Below, piece after piece: positions 59,928 through 64,000 of a stretch of 64,000 bases of DNA. Position numbers and translations under genes: made by a program. Each line of letters opens with the position of its first letter. Position 1 is the first letter of the stretch. The notes under the pieces are model-generated. The model saw nothing but the letters and a program-made list of their open reading frames with translations, was not told the origin of the DNA and searched no databases. The stretch spans positions 42,663-106,662 of the forward strand of contig CAYSWY010000003.1 in the NCBI GenBank assembly GCA_964434975.1. The letters run 5' to 3'. Origin of the DNA: an uncultured Lyngbya sp. (GTDB lineage: Bacteria > Cyanobacteriota > Cyanobacteriia > Cyanobacteriales > Microcoleaceae).

Positions 59928-60329
59928 ATTTTCACTCAGTTGTTGACGGATTTCATCTAACGGTGATTCTGTGGAATTCTCACTTTCTTGATGACCGTTC
60001 TCTTCGAGAGGTTCAGGTTCATCTGGGATAAACTCAATAGTTAGATTTATTTTTATCTTACCTTTTTGCCATCCTTTATAAGGTCTCAAAACTTCGCATT
60101 CTTTCCCTTCTAAGAACCATTGTGCATTGTGAGTACCGCGTCCATGAGCAGAAGATATATTCAGTCTATTAATATTCAATTTTTCACTTATATAATTAAT
60201 ATAATTATTTGAGTTACTGGAAAAATATTCCCACACAGCTTGTTTAAACCTGTTAAACTTACAAGTCTGATCTTCAAAAGAAAAAACTTCATCATCAGTA
60301 CAGTTTTTAACTTCAATTGGATCTGTCAT
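59922..60329 (-). CDS. KGK-domain protein
   Basis: The 135-aa protein contains LRPYKGWQKGKIKINLTIEFIPDE, the eponymous KGK motif of a family confined mainly to cyanobacteria, followed by an acidic tail. Confidence 0.6.
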   Translation of the reverse strand: MTDPIEVKNCTDDEVFSFEDQTCKFNRFKQAVWEYFSSNSNNYINYISEKLNINRLNISSAHGRGTHNAQWFLEGKECEVLRPYKGWQKGKIKINLTIEFIPDEPEPLEENGHQESENSTESPLDEIRQQLSENN

Positions 60330-60380
60330 TTTTTGATATCCTCAATCATTATAAAGTAGCGTCTCAAATTAGAATACCCA

Positions 60381-60418
60381 GTAGGGTGCGTTAATAACGC
60401 ACCTTATTATTATTAGTT
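60381..60418. repeat. GTAGGGTGC..GCACC hairpin plus TTATTATTATTAGTT, copy 2
   Basis: The sequence gtagggtgcgttaataacgcaccttattattattagtt is a direct repeat of 59888-59927 with a different hairpin loop. Confidence 0.7.
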
Positions 60419-60500
60419 TAAAGTCAAATAGGGCAGACTTCCACAAACACAGTAGGAAATAAAGTATAGTAAAATTATATTCACTTCGCTAAGTATTGCA

Positions 60501-60737
60501 ATGGAAAATTTAATCACTCAAAGAATTACACTGAATCCTGATATTTGTCATGGTAAACCTTGTATTCGAGGATTACGTTATCCTGTAGAGTTGATTTTAG
60601 ACTTATTAAGTTCGGGTATGACTACAGAGGAAATTTTAGAAGATTATGAAGATTTAGAAAGAGAGGATATCCTAGCTGCTTTACAATTTGCGACTCAACT
60701 TACTCAGATTAAAAGAATCTATCAAATAGTGCAATGA
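60501..60737 (+). CDS. DUF433-family antitoxin-like protein
   Basis: It contains ITLNPDICHGKPCIRGLRYPVELILDLLSSGMTTEEILEDYEDLEREDILAALQFA, the canonical DUF433 signature. Confidence 0.8.
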   Translation: MENLITQRITLNPDICHGKPCIRGLRYPVELILDLLSSGMTTEEILEDYEDLEREDILAALQFATQLTQIKRIYQIVQ

Positions 60738-61084
60738 AATTTTTAATAGATGCACAACTACCAATGCGTCTTGCCCGTATTTTACAATTAGCAGGTTATG
60801 ATACAATTCATACTCTAAATTTACCTCAAAAAAATGCAACACCAGATACTGAAATCAACTCAATTTCAATTTCAAATAACAGAATCGTTATCACTAAAGA
60901 TAGAGATTTTATGGATTCCTTTTTAATTCAACAAAAACCTTACAAGCTTTTGCTCATTACAACAGGTAATATTAGTAACAACGAACTAATGAACTTATTT
61001 ACAGATAATCTATCTGAAATAGTCGAACTATTTGAACAATATTCATTTATTGAGATGAGCCGCAATGCAATTATTATACATTAG
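60734..61084 (+). CDS. DUF5615-family PIN-like (Mut7-C-like) putative toxin
   Basis: It overlaps the DUF433 gene by 4 nt (ATGA). It contains MKFLIDAQLPMRLARILQLAGYDTIH...ITKDRDF. Confidence 0.7.
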   Translation: MKFLIDAQLPMRLARILQLAGYDTIHTLNLPQKNATPDTEINSISISNNRIVITKDRDFMDSFLIQQKPYKLLLITTGNISNNELMNLFTDNLSEIVELFEQYSFIEMSRNAIIIH

Positions 61085-61252
61085 TAGTAGACGCACCTTA
61101 TATTTTTTTGGCGTTATCTCAATGTACCCGTGAGTAGTTTTTTCTGTAATGAAGAAATTGACCCAGTTAGAGGCAGAACATTTTTATATGGCTATACCTC
61201 TGTCTTGGGAATTTGTCGGCTTGCTCACAGTTAAAATTTTACAGGTTTGTCA

Positions 61253-64000
61253 TCATTTAATGAAATCATCTCCTGTAATTAGGCTAGGAATGACTCCCTC
61301 TAATATCGCTAGAGATTCGTTATCAAAAAAGATAGCCGTGTTGCCATTAACTTCTGTAATAGTCAGTTGTTCAAAACTAAGATTTCCAACTAAGATGAGC
61401 TGATCTTGACCATCGACAAAATCCATAACCATATCATTGCCTTGATTTATTCCGAGGACAAAATAATCATTGCCTGCATCTCCCCAAAGCCAATCATTTC
61501 CAGCATCTCCCTTGAGGGTATCATCACCTTGACCTGCGTATAAGGTATCATTCCCTTCACCACCGCACAGTTCACCCTGACTGGCATTGCTAAATAAAAG
61601 ATCATTGCCGAGTCCGCCACAAAGGGTATCTGTGATCTGATCTGATGAGTTATCAAGTTGATTGCTATCTGCAAACAGGGTATCATCACCCTCACCGCCA
61701 CAGATTAAATCATTACCGCGATCGCCAAATAACAGATCATTGTTATCATCTCCATAAACTAAATCATCTCCTTGACCCCCAAATACTGTATCAACTCCCG
61801 CACCACCACTGAGGCTATCAGCGTCCTCATTACCTAGAAGATAATCTGCACCTTCGTTACCGACAACCCAGTCAGCACCTGCATTCGCCAACACCCAGTC
61901 TGCATCCTCTAAAGCTAAGATCTGTTCATCTGCGCTCGTACCTTCTAGAGTATCACTATCGCTTGTTCCCACAATTTCTAACCCTAAACCTTCTGTGGGA
62001 AATGGGGGACAGTCATTATCTTGTATGTTTTCTTCTGAGGGAGGTGTAGGGATTTGTTCAGGGATATCAACAGTCGGGTTATCCTCAGAAGTCTCAGGAC
62101 TGGGTACAGGTTCGGGCGTAGGTTCAGGAGTATCAGGACGTTCTTCACTCGGCTCTGGAGTGGGTTCACGAGTCGGCGTAGGTTCTGGCTCGGGAGTGGG
62201 TTCTGGAGTGGGTTCTGGCTCTGGAGTGGGTTGCGGTTTGGGTTCTGGCTCGGGAGTGGGTTCTGGCTCTGGAGTGGGTTCTGGAGTGGGTTCAGCCTCG
62301 GGAGTGGGTTCTGGAGTGGGTTCAGCCTCGGGTTCTGGCTCTGGTTCAGCCTCTGGAGTGGGTTGCGGTTTGGGTTCTGGCTCTGGAGTGGGTTCTGGCT
62401 CGGGAGTGGGTTCTGGAGTGGGTTCTGGCTCTGGAGTGGGTTCTGGCGTAGGTTCTGGCTCTGGAGTGGGTTCGGGAGTGGGTTCGGGTTCCGGTGTAGG
62501 TTCTGGCTCGGGAGTGGGTTCAGCCTCGGGTTCTGGCTCTGGTTCTGGCTCGGGAGTGGGTTCCGGCTCGGGTTCGGGTTCGGGTTCCGGCTCAGGTTCG
62601 GGTTCCGGCTCGGGAGTGGGTTCGGGTTCCGGCTCAGGTTCTAACTCATCTGTTACATTAATATTCAATAATTGACTATCACTTAACCCGTCTGAATCTG
62701 TGACAGAAACTTCAACAAGATAACTATTGTTAGCATCAACATCAACAGGATTTTCAAAGTCAGGAAAATTGACAAAACTCAACTCTCCTGTATTATCATC
62801 AATCGTAAATTGAGCCAAATCTTCCCCGCTCGACAGGCTATAAGTTAAACCATTTTCTTCACTATCTATTTCATCTGTTGCCTCAATATTGGCAACGACT
62901 GTTATATTTTCAATAATTTCTAAGTTTGCTTGTTCTGCACTATCATTACTGGTAATAACGGGTGGTTGTATTTCGGGTTGCTCATCATCAATAACAGTTA
63001 CTGCAATAGTTTCTTCAGTAAACCCTCGGGCAACTGCCGTAATATCAACGATTTGGTTACCATCAACTTCTAAATCATCAATGGCATCAATATTAAAAGT
63101 AGCAGATGTTTGATCAACTGGAATGGTTACTGTTAAAGGAACTGTTAATTCCGTGACATCACTACTGGTTAACGTTATATCTAAGGCGGCTGCGGTTCCC
63201 CCTGTGCGTGTTACAGTAACCGTTGCAGCATCAACTCCGTCTATCTCAGAAATAATAGTAGAATCAATTGTTAAACTGAGTTCAACGGGTGCATCTGTTG
63301 CCAGATAAATGCCTTCTGTTCCATCCGTAAACTTAGCTGAGAAAACAATATTATTTCCACTGAGTCCTTCAGGACCAAAAGATATATCCTCGATGACTTT
63401 TCCTTCTAAAGGAATATTCAGATCAACAACAGTGGAAAGTTCATCATTTAAACTTGTATAAATTCCCTGCTGATTGTTTTCACCCAGTCCTACAAATGCA
63501 ACGGTATTGTTATTATCTATAGTTGGAAAATCATTAATTCCTAACACTACTAGGTAATCTGGCTCAGAAGCAAAATCAACAAAGTTGCCAACTCCTTCTG
63601 GAATTAGAGTATTAGTATCAGCAATTAAATTTAGACCATTGCTATTATTAACATAAACACCCGATTTTTCATTAGAATCATAACCTAAAAATACCGTATT
63701 ACCATTATCATTTAGTTGACCTATAAAAACTCTGTCAAATGTGTCGGCTTGATTAGGGATTAAACTATTATTATCAACAACTGTTGTTAAGTCCTCTTCA
63801 AGACTAGTATAAATTCCTTGATTGATTAACTGAAAATCTGTAAAATCATATCTTTGTCCATAAAAAGCTACCTTTTCATTATTATTAATATGTACATAAA
63901 TGAACTCATTAAAATTAGTATTAGTTTCAGGAATTAGGTTGTTAGAATCAGCAATCACTTCAAGATCACCGGTATTACTTGTATAAACTCCTGCAAACTC
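61253..64000 (-). CDS. Giant secreted RTX / cadherin-like / Calx-beta repeat protein (partial; the N-terminus lies beyond the right edge)
   Basis: The C-terminus has GGxGxD nonapeptides ([42 protein letters not shown]...). A ~190-aa PEPT linker, a cadherin-like module ([25 protein letters not shown]) and a Calx-beta-like module follow. The N-terminal repeats are of the type GIYTS..L..V.D.N.LIP. The frame stays open from 63958 to 64000 ([14 protein letters not shown]). Confidence 0.85.
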   Translation of the reverse strand, partial: EFAGVYTSNTGDLEVIADSNNLIPETNTNFNEFIYVHINNNEKVAFYGQRYDFTDFQLINQGIYTSLEEDLTTVVDNNSLIPNQADTFDRVFIGQLNDNGNTVFLGYDSNEKSGVYVNNSNGLNLIADTNTLIPEGVGNFVDFASEPDYLVVLGINDFPTIDNNNTVAFVGLGENNQQGIYTSLNDELSTVVDLNIPLEGKVIEDISFGPEGLSGNNIVFSAKFTDGTEGIYLATDAPVELSLTIDSTIISEIDGVDAATVTVTRTGGTAAALDITLTSSDVTELTVPLTVTIPVDQTSATFNIDAIDDLEVDGNQIVDITAVARGFTEETIAVTVIDDEQPEIQPPVITSNDSAEQANLEIIENITVVANIEATDEIDSEENGLTYSLSSGEDLAQFTIDDNTGELSFVNFPDFENPVDVDANNSYLVEVSVTDSDGLSDSQLLNINVTDELEPEPEPEPTPEPEPEPEPEPEPEPEPEPTPEPEPEPEPEAEPTPEPEPTPEPEPTPEPTPEPEPTPEPTPEPEPTPEPTPEPEPTPEPEPKPQPTPEAEPEPEPEAEPTPEPTPEAEPTPEPTPEPEPTPEPEPKPQPTPEPEPTPEPTPEPEPTPTREPTPEPSEERPDTPEPTPEPVPSPETSEDNPTVDIPEQIPTPPSEENIQDNDCPPFPTEGLGLEIVGTSDSDTLEGTSADEQILALEDADWVLANAGADWVVGNEGADYLLGNEDADSLSGGAGVDTVFGGQGDDLVYGDDNNDLLFGDRGNDLICGGEGDDTLFADSNQLDNSSDQITDTLCGGLGNDLLFSNASQGELCGGEGNDTLYAGQGDDTLKGDAGNDWLWGDAGNDYFVLGINQGNDMVMDFVDGQDQLILVGNLSFEQLTITEVNGNTAIFFDNESLAILEGVIPSLITGDDFIK
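62090..62645. repeat. Degenerate hexa/dodecanucleotide tandem repeat encoding the PEPT linker
   Basis: The + strand repeats ggttctggctc(t/g)ggagtgggt. The - strand encodes (EPEPTP)n. Confidence 0.9.

Noticed and set aside
61149-61403. An 84-aa + strand ORF after the TA pair
   Set aside because: More than half of it overlaps the C-terminus of the RTX protein on the other strand. It has no recognisable features.
61995-62675. Two + strand ORFs (226 and 196 aa) rich in GSGV and WLGSGF
   Set aside because: They are antisense read-through of the PEPT-linker repeat inside the RTX gene. They are pure low complexity with no independent start or RBS evidence.

Overview
This is a 64-kb chromosomal segment of a cyanobacterium. 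About 20 HIP1 GCGATCGC octamers are visible by eye. Raf1, an SqdX-like fragment, a HetZ/PatU-like pair, KGK and pentapeptide genes suggest a filamentous, low-GC genome. I recognised no rRNA, tRNA, CRISPR array or intact transposase.

Content from left to right:
- 207-2566: a type II R-M cassette (RHH gene, candidate nuclease, divergent m5C methyltransferase), apparently inserted between an SqdX-like gene and raf1.
- 4.4-27.5 kb: a sensor-rich stretch with four histidine kinases, a CheY-like regulator, a Crp-family regulator, a DICT/HD-GYP-like protein and the hetZ-patU-like pair. It also holds a transglutaminase-like membrane protein, a pentapeptide protein, a PMT_2/GT39 membrane protein, rph and a PaO-type Rieske oxygenase.
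- 28.6-32.3 kb: miaB and an AMIN-domain protein.
- 32.4-42.4 kb: an AT-rich cluster of GT-C-like polytopic membrane proteins, including an inverted paralogue pair around a SAM methyltransferase.
- 42.7-48.3 kb: a MASE1-like kinase, PrxQ/BCP, a DeoC-like gene and an FHA-Ser/Thr kinase.
- 50.6-56.9 kb: exbB-exbD followed by a GH108 muramidase-like gene, then an MtnX-like HAD, a patatin, and a translationally coupled RnfD/NqrB-like plus DUF2330 pair.
- 57.2-64.0 kb: a membrane-anchored protein-arginine-deiminase homologue, a small islet (HNH, KGK, DUF433/DUF5615 toxin-antitoxin), and a partial giant RTX/cadherin/Calx-beta protein.

The most interesting observations are these:
- The PAD homologue has lost the catalytic Cys (HC to QG).
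- The GT-C-like/methyltransferase cluster has no cytoplasmic glycan-synthesis partners.
- The RnfD-like/DUF2330 pair is translationally coupled.
- The R-M cassette uses an RHH-type rather than an HTH-type putative controller.
- Several other proteins show predicted active-site losses: the transglutaminase-like protein, the HD-GYP domain, DeoC, and three degenerate receiver domains.
- Several dispersed hairpin or MITE-like repeat families are present.

All family assignments come from motif recognition by eye, not from database searches.
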